64,000 nt of DNA from a virus: positions 1 through 64,000 of IMG/VR virus record IMGVR_UViG_3300047551_001153; one strand, written 5' to 3'. Positions within the stretch are counted from its first letter, which is position 1. Each line of letters starts with the position of its first letter. The notes beneath the pieces are model-generated. The model made no database searches and was not told the origin of the DNA. It saw only the letters and a program-made list of their open reading frames with translations. Both the position numbers and the translations under genes were made by a program. This document shows, in pieces, positions 1-9,095 of this stretch.

Positions 1-1469
1 TCAAGAAGGTCATCCACGGTGGAGGTATGAACGGCGTATGTGGGGCCGTCACAAACTTTAGCACCAGGACATTCAATCCAAGGAATGCAGGCGGTGGGAT
101 TGTTCACGGTCAACGAGCGAACACGCTGTTTCAGGAAGTTGCGGTAGATGTCTGCGCTTGTGGTTCCGAATGGGTGGCCCATCATCGGAGTGGACGGGTT
201 TTGTTTGTACTGAGTGGCGAAGTTAGCGTTGAACTGAGATGGGTCGTATCGGTAGATGGTCTGAGTTCCCGTCTTCAACACGGGCGAATAGCACACGGGC
301 GAAGAGAAGTCTCCACGGAAGTGACGCTTGCCCGCTGGGTTCTTGTCGGTGAAAGTCTTGCTTGGCTGATACATCCAGTTGTTCATGATGTCAAAGTAGA
401 TGTTGGCGGGGTCGCTTGATGTGGGAATCACGGTGTTGTAGTTGCCACACTTGATGTTCGGGAAGACCTTCTTGATAGGCTCATACAGCATCTTGTTGAG
501 ACCGTAGTCAGCGATTTTCGCCATGTAGGGGGCCATCTTGCGGGTGAAGTCATTGTTGGTGAACGAGACGAAGAACTCGTCATTCTTGAACACGGGCAGA
601 CCCGCTTCGGTGTAGGCATCTTTGAGTGTCTTGCCCACCCATTGAGTGCCGTCCCAGTCCTCATAGACCACTTCCGTTGAGTATCGTGGGTCGGCCATCG
701 CCGCACGCCACGGTGAGGATGCCCACTCTTTCGGGAACTCGGATGCGAGAGCGGATGTCGTGGCGGGCTTGCGTGAGAAGCCTACCAACTTGAACAGATA
801 AGGCTCAAAGTTCTCAAGGTCTTGTGCGAGGTAGAGAGGGTAGCAAAGGTTACGAGCATCGCACTCGGCCTTCATGCTCCACATCGCCGTCTCCATCCAC
901 TTGCTGATGCCGAGAATCGTTTTGCCGTTTACCACGGTTTCGGATGTTGATTTGGCTACGGCGTTCTTGCTGAATCCAACGCTGTACTTCATGCCAGAGC
1001 GAAGAGCGAGTGCTTCGGCGGCGTTCGTGTATCCTGCGAAGTCATTGAGAGTGAGGCAATCGGAAGCGAGGTCTTCGGTCTCTCTGAAAAGCGTGGGGCC
1101 TTCGTCGGCGCATCCCCAGTTGTGAATGAAGATTGCGCCACCATATGTGCCCTTGTGCGCCTGACCCTTACCTTTGTAGAGGCTCTGATACTCAAACCAA
1201 TCGGCCAGACGCTTGCCCACCTTGATGGCGTTTGCTTTGGTGTAGAACTCACGGTCCCATCCGTTGGGGTTGGTGGTGGCATTGAACTCGCCATACTTGC
1301 CGTATGTGTCGCTTGGAATGTCGGAGTCGAGTGCCCATCCAGAGCGTGTACGGGCGATGACATTTACATTTCCCGACTTGTTCATCGGGTGGTCCACGGG
1401 GGGTTTGTCCCAAAGGAGCCAGAGGAATGTGCCGTCAAAATCATCCTTGGGAAGTACCAATTTGGCCAT
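1..1469 (-). CDS. Hypothetical protein (>489 aa, 3' end runs off the window), possibly glycoside-hydrolase-like TIM barrel
   Basis: Not in the ORF track because it has no stop in the window. Hand translation from ATG at 1469 (after AAGGAAAC) gives MAKLVLPKDDFDGTFLWLLWDKPP...EPIKKVFPNIKCGNYN...DFSSPVCYSP...HTSTVDDLL, open to position 3. Codon style matches neighbouring phage genes; a late-like box CATAGATA lies upstream. Function is a weak guess. Confidence 0.8.
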   Translation of the reverse strand, partial: MAKLVLPKDDFDGTFLWLLWDKPPVDHPMNKSGNVNVIARTRSGWALDSDIPSDTYGKYGEFNATTNPNGWDREFYTKANAIKVGKRLADWFEYQSLYKGKGQAHKGTYGGAIFIHNWGCADEGPTLFRETEDLASDCLTLNDFAGYTNAAEALALRSGMKYSVGFSKNAVAKSTSETVVNGKTILGISKWMETAMWSMKAECDARNLCYPLYLAQDLENFEPYLFKLVGFSRKPATTSALASEFPKEWASSPWRAAMADPRYSTEVVYEDWDGTQWVGKTLKDAYTEAGLPVFKNDEFFVSFTNNDFTRKMAPYMAKIADYGLNKMLYEPIKKVFPNIKCGNYNTVIPTSSDPANIYFDIMNNWMYQPSKTFTDKNPAGKRHFRGDFSSPVCYSPVLKTGTQTIYRYDPSQFNANFATQYKQNPSTPMMGHPFGTTSADIYRNFLKQRVRSLTVNNPTACIPWIECPGAKVCDGPTYAVHTSTVDDLL

Positions 1470-1503
1470 ATGAGTTTCCTTATAGAAGGTTATTGTGACC
1501 TTG

Positions 1504-1511
1504 TATCTATG
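1504..1511 (-). promoter_or_regulatory. Variant late promoter box CATAGATA
   Basis: Variant of the TATAAATA late consensus just past the gp23 terminator and about 35 nt upstream of the 1469 ATG. Confidence 0.45.
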
Positions 1512-1513
1512 CC

Positions 1514-1548
1514 AAAAAGAAAAGGTGGGGCCTTTCAGCCCCACCCTT
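1514..1548 (-). terminator. Rho-independent terminator after gp23
   Basis: Minus strand GGTGGGGC-TGAAAG-GCCCCACC followed by TTTTCTTTTT. Confidence 0.85.
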
Positions 1549-1580
1549 CGGATAAACTTTCAGACTACCAACCAGTTCTA

Positions 1581-2972
1581 TTAGAACAGGTTCGTGACCT
1601 TCACGATGCGGTAGTAGATGTTCGCACGACGAGATGCCGAAGCATACGGGTCTTGCGAGACAGCACCTGCCGAAATCGTAGCGAAGGGGTTGTTCACGAG
1701 GCCGTAGCGAGTCTTGAAGCCGATCTTCGGCTGGAAGGACTGCTCACCGACCGCACGAACCATCTGGAGCGGCACATACGGGCAGTAGAACATACCTGCA
1801 TCGTACGCCGAGGAACCCTTATAGCCAGCCATGAAGAAGTCGTGAGAAGTCGTCATGGAAGCGTAGGGGTCGATGTACACACGGAGGCGACCGTTGAGAA
1901 CACCTGCGAAGGTGTTGCCCGTGTCATCCACATTGAGGTTCGTGGAGAGAGCAGGGGCGTAGTCAAGGATGCCAGCCATGCTGAGGGCCGAGGCGACATC
2001 CGCCGAGCAGAGGATAAAGTTACCCTTGCCACGACGAGTTTCCTTGGCGATCATGTTACATTCACGCTCGATTTGGTAGAGCAAGCCCTTGAACTTCTCG
2101 ACCGACCAACGACCGTTGGAGTCAACATTCAAGTCAAACACGCCAGAGGTCTGGGTCGTGCCTGTTCTTGCACCGAGTTTGGCGTTCTGATAGAGAACAC
2201 GGACAACCTCACGGTTGATTTCGGCGAGGATTTCGCTCGACAGGATGTTAGCGAGTTCGGTTTCGGCATCGAGACCGTGAATCGCCTTCAAGTCCTGAGC
2301 GAGTTCCATCGTGTACTCAGCCTTGAGCGCACGAGTCTTCGCTTCGACCGTGGTCTTCTCAATCGAGAAGGCCATCTGGGGGAATTGATTGTTGGTAGAA
2401 TCACCGAGGGCTTCACCATCAATTGTACGGCGAGCAATACCACCGTTCTGAGCGGAGTTAGCGGCGGGATCGAGACCGTTTGGCTTACGGGGGCCGTTGT
2501 CAGTCTCAAACGGATCAACACCAGCGGCGTTCTCGAAGGTGCTTGTGGTGTACACACCTGCGGCGGTTGCACCAGTAGAACCCGAACCACCGAAAGCGGT
2601 ATCGGCTTCCTGATACAGAGCCTCAGGACCAGTCTGGTTGATGTAACGGCTACGCATGGCGAAGATAAGTCCCGTAGGACCGCTCATCGGCTGAACGCCG
2701 CAGATATCGTAGGCGATGAGGTTAGGCATCGCACGACGAACAAGCGAGATAAGAATGGGGTCCCAACGAGCGACATTACCGCCGCCGTCTTGACCGCCAA
2801 TCGTTGCGCCGCTGAAGTTGGTAGGAGCGGCTTCCTTGAGGTACTGCTCCTGATTCTCCAAGAGCATAGTTGTTACGGCTCTCTTGTACGCATCCTTAAT
2901 TTCGGGAAGTTCCGAGTGTTCCAGAATCGGCTTCCACTTACGCTGAAGTGCTTCAGAAATGGTCAGATCCAT
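1581..2972 (-). CDS. gp23: Major capsid protein
   Basis: T4 gp23 motifs: LISLVRRAMPNLIAYDICGVQPMSGPTGLIFAMRSRY, KTRALKAEYTMELAQDLKAIHGLDAETELANIL, FYCPYVPL, FQPKIGFKTRYG; AAGGAG RBS. Confidence 0.99.
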   Translation of the reverse strand: MDLTISEALQRKWKPILEHSELPEIKDAYKRAVTTMLLENQEQYLKEAAPTNFSGATIGGQDGGGNVARWDPILISLVRRAMPNLIAYDICGVQPMSGPTGLIFAMRSRYINQTGPEALYQEADTAFGGSGSTGATAAGVYTTSTFENAAGVDPFETDNGPRKPNGLDPAANSAQNGGIARRTIDGEALGDSTNNQFPQMAFSIEKTTVEAKTRALKAEYTMELAQDLKAIHGLDAETELANILSSEILAEINREVVRVLYQNAKLGARTGTTQTSGVFDLNVDSNGRWSVEKFKGLLYQIERECNMIAKETRRGKGNFILCSADVASALSMAGILDYAPALSTNLNVDDTGNTFAGVLNGRLRVYIDPYASMTTSHDFFMAGYKGSSAYDAGMFYCPYVPLQMVRAVGEQSFQPKIGFKTRYGLVNNPFATISAGAVSQDPYASASRRANIYYRIVKVTNLF

Positions 2973-2997
2973 TGATTTTTCTCCTTTTGGATATGGT

Positions 2998-3005
2998 TAT
3001 TTATG
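2998..3005 (-). promoter_or_regulatory. T4-type late promoter (CATAAATA) for gp23
   Basis: Intergenic box about 25 nt upstream of the gp23 ATG. Confidence 0.75.
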
Positions 3006-3021
3006 GGATCTAAGTGTTAGA

Positions 3022-4140
3022 TTACCGACGATTCAGTCGGGAAATCATTTCGGTATAGGAACTCATTGATTCGGTGAGATTAGCAGGGACTTCTCCACCC
3101 TCAACGGCATCGGTCGGGTCTTCATGAGAGACAAAGTTCTCTTCACGAATCACGGCCTTCTTGCCACCGAAGTAGGACTCCTTGATAATCTGCACCTTGT
3201 TGCGGAGTTCATCTTCGTCGTCAAACGAGATGTCCTCGGTGAGAACAGCGAAACGCTCCTTCTCGGTTTCAGCGAGGTCAGAGGTGGCCTCGCTCAAAAT
3301 CGCCGCCTTGCGGTATTCAGCGATTTCAGCCTTGAGAGCGATGTTGCGGTTCATCTCTTCATCCAACTGAACCTTGAGACCGTCAACGGCTTCCGCCATC
3401 TGGTCAGCAATGTCCACCTTGGATTCGGGGACTTGAATGTTATGCTCAAGGAAGAGACCACGGAGACCGCTCATGAATTCTTCGGCGATCTCAGTACGGA
3501 TGCCCTTCTCCACGGCAATCTTGTTCTCTTCCATCCACTCCTCAACGACATATGAGAGGTATGAGTCAAGTTGCTCGGAGAGACCCTTCTTGATGGAGTC
3601 CACTTCGTCAACCAGACGGTTGTTGTATTCCTCTTCCAGTTCGGTCTGGATGGCCTGTACACGCTCGTTGAGAGCGGTCTCAAAGATGGTGGAAGCCTTG
3701 GTACGGAAGGTCTCAGAGAGTTCCTCGCCGTCAAACATGGCGTTCATGTGAGTGTCAATCTCCTCACGCATGGCCTTCTTAGCGGCCACATTCGCCTTGA
3801 GTTTCTTCTGCGACTCACCCTTCTCAGGTTGCTCAACATCGGTGGGTTCAGGGATAACAGCACCCTTACCAGTGCCATCCTTGTAAAGGCCGACATATTT
3901 GCCCTTACCAGCCTTGACCTGAGGATTGGCGTTCGCCGCACCCTCGTCAAGTTCCTCTTCCTCTTCTTCCTCTTCCTCCTCTTTCATCTTCATCGGAGGC
4001 TTGGTCTTCTTGCCAACGGCTTTGAGGTTAGCGGCTTGTGTGATTTTGCTATCCTGCTCGTCAAGAGTGTCATCAGTTTCCGTGACTTCCTCTTCAACTT
4101 CAAGGATTTCTTCAACTTCGTTATCGTGGATGGAATCCAT
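3022..4140 (-). CDS. gp22: Prohead core scaffolding protein
   Basis: Acidic coiled coil, LSETFRTKASTIFETAL, LDSYLSYVVEEWMEENKIAVEKGIRTEIAEEF; lies between gp21 and gp23. Confidence 0.96.
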   Translation of the reverse strand: MDSIHDNEVEEILEVEEEVTETDDTLDEQDSKITQAANLKAVGKKTKPPMKMKEEEEEEEEEELDEGAANANPQVKAGKGKYVGLYKDGTGKGAVIPEPTDVEQPEKGESQKKLKANVAAKKAMREEIDTHMNAMFDGEELSETFRTKASTIFETALNERVQAIQTELEEEYNNRLVDEVDSIKKGLSEQLDSYLSYVVEEWMEENKIAVEKGIRTEIAEEFMSGLRGLFLEHNIQVPESKVDIADQMAEAVDGLKVQLDEEMNRNIALKAEIAEYRKAAILSEATSDLAETEKERFAVLTEDISFDDEDELRNKVQIIKESYFGGKKAVIREENFVSHEDPTDAVEGGEVPANLTESMSSYTEMISRLNRR

Positions 4141-4162
4141 CAGTTATCTCCTTCGTATTGGT

Positions 4163-4180
4163 TATTTATGCTTATTTAGA
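4163..4180 (-). promoter_or_regulatory. Tandem late promoter boxes (TCTAAATA, CATAAATA) for gp22
   Basis: Two boxes 10 nt apart overlapping the gp21 stop. Confidence 0.65.
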
Positions 4181-4823
4181 GTTTAGTTACGAACTTCTCA
4201 AATGCTTTCAAGTAAGCCTCTTCCAGTCTTCGGGAAGAGGTCTTACTGATGGTTTTCTTGATTTCTTCAATGTCCCTCTCTTTCAGAAGGCCATTTTCGT
4301 ATACCCATTCTCTACCCTCCATAACGCCTCGCACGAACGCCGCAGGAGCCGAAGGGTCGGCTACGATATCAGCGGCTGTAGCGAGACGGAAGTCATCCTT
4401 TACAACATTTACGCCATTCTTCTCTTCAATGGAGCCGATTCCACGACTGGACACGCCCAACTTGGCTCCTTCGTCAATCAGATTCTTGACGATTTTGCCA
4501 TAGGGGGTATCCATGATTTTAGCCTTGCCCTCAAAGTCCTTGCCCGACTGCTTGAGTTCGGTAATCATATGGGACACACGCTCAAGGTTGATGGTGGGGC
4601 CGTCTGGGTGGCCGAGTTCGCCGAAGGCACGCTTCTGTTCCACAAACTCCTTGATATAACTGTGAACCTTCTCCTTGAGCATCTCCATCGGATACCGCCG
4701 CTTATTGCGGTTGGTGATGTCGCCCTGAAGGAAGATGCCTTCAATGAAGTACTTCTTCTCGCCATTGGCGGCGGCTTCGGTGACGATTTCAATGCCCTCG
4801 TTGACCTCTGTGATGAGTTTCAT
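4176..4823 (-). CDS. gp21: Prohead protease
   Basis: MKLITE start, IEGIFLQ..NRNKRRYP, GELGHP, GVSSRGIGS, DIVADPSAPAAFV. Confidence 0.98.
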   Translation of the reverse strand: MKLITEVNEGIEIVTEAAANGEKKYFIEGIFLQGDITNRNKRRYPMEMLKEKVHSYIKEFVEQKRAFGELGHPDGPTINLERVSHMITELKQSGKDFEGKAKIMDTPYGKIVKNLIDEGAKLGVSSRGIGSIEEKNGVNVVKDDFRLATAADIVADPSAPAAFVRGVMEGREWVYENGLLKERDIEEIKKTISKTSSRRLEEAYLKAFEKFVTKL

Positions 4824-4837
4824 TTGTTTCCTTTTAC

Positions 4838-5236
4838 TTACAGGACGAATTCAAGGATGACGGTTCCCGTGACAACCGCAGTGGGTTTCACATGGAAAAA
4901 TCCATCAGGAGTAGGAGCGGTGTTTTTGATTGTCATGCGCTCAAAAGCAAACTCTCCATTCGCTCCAAATACCGACATGGCGGTCATTCCGCTATTATTA
5001 TCTGGACCGAACTTCAAGTGATAGCCGAATGTTGAGCCGTTTGAAGTCCAAATAATTCTTGAAAGCGAGGGGGTTTGCGCCGTAATACCCGCAATAAACG
5101 GGACACCATCCGCACCACCAATCGCATCAAAAACAGAACCCGTCAATCCGAAAGACATACCTGCGGATTCAGCGACAAAGTTTACTTTTGCCACATGACG
5201 GCGTTGGGTGGTTACAAGATTCTGTTTAGTTGCCAT
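4838..5236 (-). CDS. Putative head/prohead-associated protein (paralog of 5274-5789)
   Basis: 132-aa ORF with GAGG RBS in the head cluster; aligns end to end with the neighbouring ORF. Confidence 0.75.
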   Translation of the reverse strand: MATKQNLVTTQRRHVAKVNFVAESAGMSFGLTGSVFDAIGGADGVPFIAGITAQTPSLSRIIWTSNGSTFGYHLKFGPDNNSGMTAMSVFGANGEFAFERMTIKNTAPTPDGFFHVKPTAVVTGTVILEFVL

Positions 5237-5258
5237 GCTATCCTCTTAGATATGATAT

Positions 5259-5266
5259 TATTTAGC
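5259..5266 (-). promoter_or_regulatory. Late promoter box GCTAAATA
   Basis: Intergenic, about 22 nt upstream of the 5236 ATG. Confidence 0.6.
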
Positions 5267-5273
5267 ATTTTCT

Positions 5274-5789
5274 TCAAAGCACGAATTCAACTGTCATAGT
5301 GCCAGTCACGGTTCCAACTGGTATAAAGCCATCGTATCTGGAATCACTCAAATAAAGAAAGCCCGTGGGTGTGGTGGCGGAATTTTTGATGCTAAAACTT
5401 TCAAACGAAAAATCCCCGTCAGTTCCATTTAGAACTATCGCATTCTGATACGAATATGCGGTCTCATTCGGTGGATGAAGAAGTCTGTCTTCACTTTCCG
5501 AGCCTTGTCCATCATGAAAAATCAAAGCCATTGAAGGTGATGATGTGTTATTTTGCCAACTCCATCTGACTCGTGAGATTTTTGGTGACCCCGCCGTAAT
5601 ACCAGAAATAAATGGCAAACCGTTTGCCCCGCCTATTGCGTCAAAGGATGACCCAGTAATTCCGATTCTATATGCAAGTGCTATCACATCGTCAAGCGGT
5701 GTATCAAACTCATAGTTACTAAGCGTGATGTGCTTAACACATCTTTTCTGTGTCTTAACTATGTCTCTGATGGTTATTGTTCCTGCCAT
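5274..5789 (-). CDS. Putative head/prohead-associated protein (paralog of 4838-5236)
   Basis: 171-aa ORF translationally coupled (TGATG) to the upstream gene; shares TGSxFDAIGGAxGxPFIxGITA and VTGTxxxEFVL. Confidence 0.75.
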   Translation of the reverse strand: MAGTITIRDIVKTQKRCVKHITLSNYEFDTPLDDVIALAYRIGITGSSFDAIGGANGLPFISGITAGSPKISRVRWSWQNNTSSPSMALIFHDGQGSESEDRLLHPPNETAYSYQNAIVLNGTDGDFSFESFSIKNSATTPTGFLYLSDSRYDGFIPVGTVTGTMTVEFVL

Positions 5790-6214
5790 CAGTCCCTCCC
5801 CATCACAAAGTCAACCGCTTTAGAGTGGCTGTCCTTGCCTTGAATTGTGATGAAGCACATATTTCTACGGGCCTCGTCACCCAACTTCTCATGGAGCATC
5901 AGGAACCTTTTGGCAAAGGTGGATTCCATCCGAACCAATGAACCATCAAGAAGTTTCAAGTCAACACCATCTCCGCTCATCGCTGATGCTTTGGTCATTC
6001 GGAGGAACACGCTGATGTATTGGTCAGCACGACCATCTCCACGAATGTCCTCGGCCATGCTCTTGATGAAGCGAACGGACTTATCGTCTGGGGTGGTCAC
6101 AACAACGGAACGGCCCTCTTGAACAGCGGTGGCACGAATGCCAACGATGCCAAAATGGTCGGCGAATTGCTTCGCTTTCTCTGGGCTACCGAAGTTGAGA
6201 CGAACCTTTGGCAT
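5789..6214 (-). CDS. Hypothetical protein in prohead cluster
   Basis: 141-aa ORF coupled to both neighbours; C-terminal half (LKLLDGSLVRME...LHEKL) resembles small T4-like prohead-region proteins. Confidence 0.7.
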   Translation of the reverse strand: MPKVRLNFGSPEKAKQFADHFGIVGIRATAVQEGRSVVVTTPDDKSVRFIKSMAEDIRGDGRADQYISVFLRMTKASAMSGDGVDLKLLDGSLVRMESTFAKRFLMLHEKLGDEARRNMCFITIQGKDSHSKAVDFVMGRD

Positions 6215-6915
6215 TACTTGTGCTTGGCGACAATCTTGTCCAGTTCGGCCTTCTTCTTGGCGATCTTGCGGGCATCGTCGGCAGGAATCTTATCAGGGTC
6301 CACGCCGATATCCTTAGCCGCCTTAGCCGCATCACCCTCATAGTTCTTCTTGATGTAGTTGAAGAACTTCTTCTTCTTGGCATCGTCAAGGTCGGCGGGT
6401 GACTTCGCACCGAACTTCTCCAGAGCCTTCTGGAAGAACTCACGGTACTTCTTCTGGGCGGGAGAGAGTTCCTCCTCACGCACGACCCAACCACGACCAT
6501 TGCGGTCGGAAGCGTCAAGCATTTGGCCTTTGGTAAGACCCGTGGCCTCTTGAAGGCTTACTTCTTTGCCCTCGGTTTCCGTGACCTCAGTCTCCTCTTT
6601 CCAAGCACTCATAAGGGTCTTCTTCTTTTTCTCCTCACGGAGTTTGCGATACATCTCTACACGCTTCATTGCCTCACGGAGGCCCTTGATACGACCGTCG
6701 ATTTCCACGGATAACCTCTGACTTTCTTTTTTAAGGTTGATGGGATTCGGAACCGATGCTCCACGACCGCTTCCGTCATTGTAAAGACCTGCATACTTAT
6801 CAATCTTGCCTTCACGCTTGAGACGATTCTGCTCAAGGCGAGTCAGCGTGCGCTTGAAAATACCTGTGCGGGCATCTACATCTACTGCTTCGTTAACTGG
6901 TTCTTCGTGGTTCAT
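6214..6915 (-). CDS. Prohead core protein (gp68/internal core-like)
   Basis: Highly charged, with xxE cleavage-like sites, a repeated VD(A/G)R...KR segment and KFGAKSPADLDDAKKKKFFNYI; lies between gp20 and gp21. Confidence 0.7.
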   Translation of the reverse strand: MNHEEPVNEAVDVDARTGIFKRTLTRLEQNRLKREGKIDKYAGLYNDGSGRGASVPNPINLKKESQRLSVEIDGRIKGLREAMKRVEMYRKLREEKKKKTLMSAWKEETEVTETEGKEVSLQEATGLTKGQMLDASDRNGRGWVVREEELSPAQKKYREFFQKALEKFGAKSPADLDDAKKKKFFNYIKKNYEGDAAKAAKDIGVDPDKIPADDARKIAKKKAELDKIVAKHK

Positions 6916-6924
6916 GGCTTCCTC

Positions 6925-7557
6925 TTACTTCTTAGGTTTTGGGGCTTCTTCCTTAGCCGCATCAGCCTGCGGTGGGGCGGCGGCGACACCCGCCTTCTTA
7001 TCGGCCTTGACCTTATTGGTCATGCTTGCGGCCAGTTCGGGATCTTTCTTAGCGGACTTAACCATGGAGTCAATGTACTGCTTGGTTGCTTTCTCTGCGG
7101 TCTTCGGGCCAGGGAAGAACTCCCATCGGCGGTCGTTGATATACACACGAACGGGCTTGCCGAAACCTATACCAACTTGCTTGACAATAATACTCTGGCC
7201 TTTGTACTCATACGCCTTGTAGAAGTATTCCTTCTCAAAGTTGGGGTCAAGCGAAACATCGTCCTTGTTCGCACCTGCGGCTGTGGGTACGATTTTTAGG
7301 TCTCCTGTTTTCACGGGTGCTACGGCAGGAGGAGCGGATGGAGCCATACCTGATGGAACAGGGCCGCCAATCTCATTAACTGTTGTGGGCCTTTCTTGTG
7401 TCAACACCTGACCAGACAGAGCCTTTTTCAGTTCTTCGATTTTGGAGTGAACTTTCGATGCGAGTTCCTTCTGAATGAGGCCACGAAACTTCGAAGCCTC
7501 CTTCTTCATGAGAGTCTCGATAACCGTCTTGAGGATGTCTTCTGTGTCCTTTTCCAT
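6925..7557 (-). CDS. Prohead core protein (gp67-like N-terminus)
   Basis: Directly downstream of portal; N-terminal helical segment (IETLMKKEASKF..ELASKVHSKIEELKK) as in gp67-position proteins. Confidence 0.6.
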   Translation of the reverse strand: MEKDTEDILKTVIETLMKKEASKFRGLIQKELASKVHSKIEELKKALSGQVLTQERPTTVNEIGGPVPSGMAPSAPPAVAPVKTGDLKIVPTAAGANKDDVSLDPNFEKEYFYKAYEYKGQSIIVKQVGIGFGKPVRVYINDRRWEFFPGPKTAEKATKQYIDSMVKSAKKDPELAASMTNKVKADKKAGVAAAPPQADAAKEEAPKPKK

Positions 7558-7566
7558 CCTGTGTCC

Positions 7567-9072
7567 TTACATGAGACCGAACGAACTCGTATCAGCCTCA
7601 ATCTTACCTTGGTTACGCTCACGCTCAATCTGCCTATCCATATCCCGAATCTCGGACTCGGATTGGCCAAGCACATTCTTACGAACCCAATCGTGAGAAT
7701 AGTACTTACCTATGTATGGTTTAATATTACCTAACTCGGCCACCTGACGCTCACGAACCTCGGCGTTTTTGAGTTCCGTGAAAAGGTTGTCTTTGATGAA
7801 GTCAAAATAGATGGCCTCACGGAAGTGGGGCCAATCATCCTGCGTGATGATCTTCTTGAGAATCAATTGCTTCTTGAGAAGGTCATAGAACAATTCAGCA
7901 AACCGTGTGCGAAGACGATGAATGAACTTGGAGAACCGAACTTCATCACGGGTGATTTCAGTTGACCGACCCAACATGAACTGTTTGTCCTGCTCCAGAC
8001 GGCTAACGGGAACCGAAAGGGCACGGTAGAGTTTCTTCTGGAAGTAAACCACATCGGTCAGTTCGCCAAGGTTCGCACCACCCTGTAAGGTAGTGATTTC
8101 CGTACCCTTGGAACCTTCACGACGAGGAAGCCAGTAGTCCTCAAGCATCGACATGAACTTGCGGTCATCACGAATTTCACCAGAACCTGCATCATAAACC
8201 AGACGGTTACGGTACTGATTCATCAGGCCCTTGACATATTGTTCGGCTTTTGTTTTGGGTAAGTTACCGACATCAATGTAGAATATGCGGCGTTCGGGCG
8301 CACGGGAGATGCGGTAGATGACTACGGCATCTTCCAACATTCGGAGTTGGTTAAGGGGCTTGATGGCCTTGTGGAGAAAACCTACAATACGCTTGTAGCG
8401 GCTGTCCATCAAGCCTGATGAGCAGAATGCGATTGCGTCATCGCTGATTTTTGTACCTGAGATATTACCACCCTGACGGGCAGTATCCTTGTTGTAAATG
8501 TAGAAGTCCCGATAACCTGCGATGACCTTCGTGCCATCCTTCAGGGTCTCTTTCTTGAACTCACGAATTTTCGTGATGGTCATGGGGTCAATATAACGAA
8601 GTTCAAGGATGCCCTTCTGAGGGTTCTCTTCGTCAATGATGACATGAAAGTAGACACGGCTGTCCACATACCAACGACGAAAGATGTCAGCACCCTTAGT
8701 CTCAAATTGAAGAACACGGAGGAGGTTTCGGAACTCCTCGTGTATCCTCTCTTTGATATTATCGGGTTGCTTGAGGCGGTCAAGGATGATCTTGACGGGT
8801 GACTTTTTTTCTCCCAGAACAATTCCTTCGTTGACAATATCATCAATCGCAATTTCCGTAATTGGGTCCATTGCCATTTCACGATATTTCATGACAAGTT
8901 CAAAGTCATTACGGACAGTTCCATCAAGGTCGATGTACTGCCCGTAAAAACCACCCGCTTCTACAGGAATAGCACCATCGTCCGTGGTGGGAACCACGAA
9001 CGATTTCAGTGCTTTCATCTCCTGCTTCTGCTTTTTAGTGCGCTCTAATTTGAACCCAAATAGTTCTGCCAT
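7567..9072 (-). CDS. gp20: Portal vertex protein
   Basis: LFGF start, RRWYVDSR, LHKAIKPLNQLRMLEDAVVIYRISRAPERRIFYIDVGNLPK, EDYWLPRREG. Confidence 0.99.
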   Translation of the reverse strand: MAELFGFKLERTKKQKQEMKALKSFVVPTTDDGAIPVEAGGFYGQYIDLDGTVRNDFELVMKYREMAMDPITEIAIDDIVNEGIVLGEKKSPVKIILDRLKQPDNIKERIHEEFRNLLRVLQFETKGADIFRRWYVDSRVYFHVIIDEENPQKGILELRYIDPMTITKIREFKKETLKDGTKVIAGYRDFYIYNKDTARQGGNISGTKISDDAIAFCSSGLMDSRYKRIVGFLHKAIKPLNQLRMLEDAVVIYRISRAPERRIFYIDVGNLPKTKAEQYVKGLMNQYRNRLVYDAGSGEIRDDRKFMSMLEDYWLPRREGSKGTEITTLQGGANLGELTDVVYFQKKLYRALSVPVSRLEQDKQFMLGRSTEITRDEVRFSKFIHRLRTRFAELFYDLLKKQLILKKIITQDDWPHFREAIYFDFIKDNLFTELKNAEVRERQVAELGNIKPYIGKYYSHDWVRKNVLGQSESEIRDMDRQIERERNQGKIEADTSSFGLM

Positions 9073-9095
9073 TACAAATCCTTATTCAAATTTAC

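Noticed and set aside
27-1473. Short track ORFs at the window start (27-419, 428-706, 874-1125, 989-1363, 1264-1473)
   Set aside because: All overlap the longer open minus-strand frame starting at 1469.
1122-2975. 617-aa plus-strand ORF
   Set aside because: Antisense shadow of gp23 caused by codon bias; no RBS or recognisable motifs.
3950-3985. Poly-Glu (GAG/GAA) run in gp22
   Set aside because: Acidic low-complexity tracts are normal in scaffold proteins and the frame is intact.
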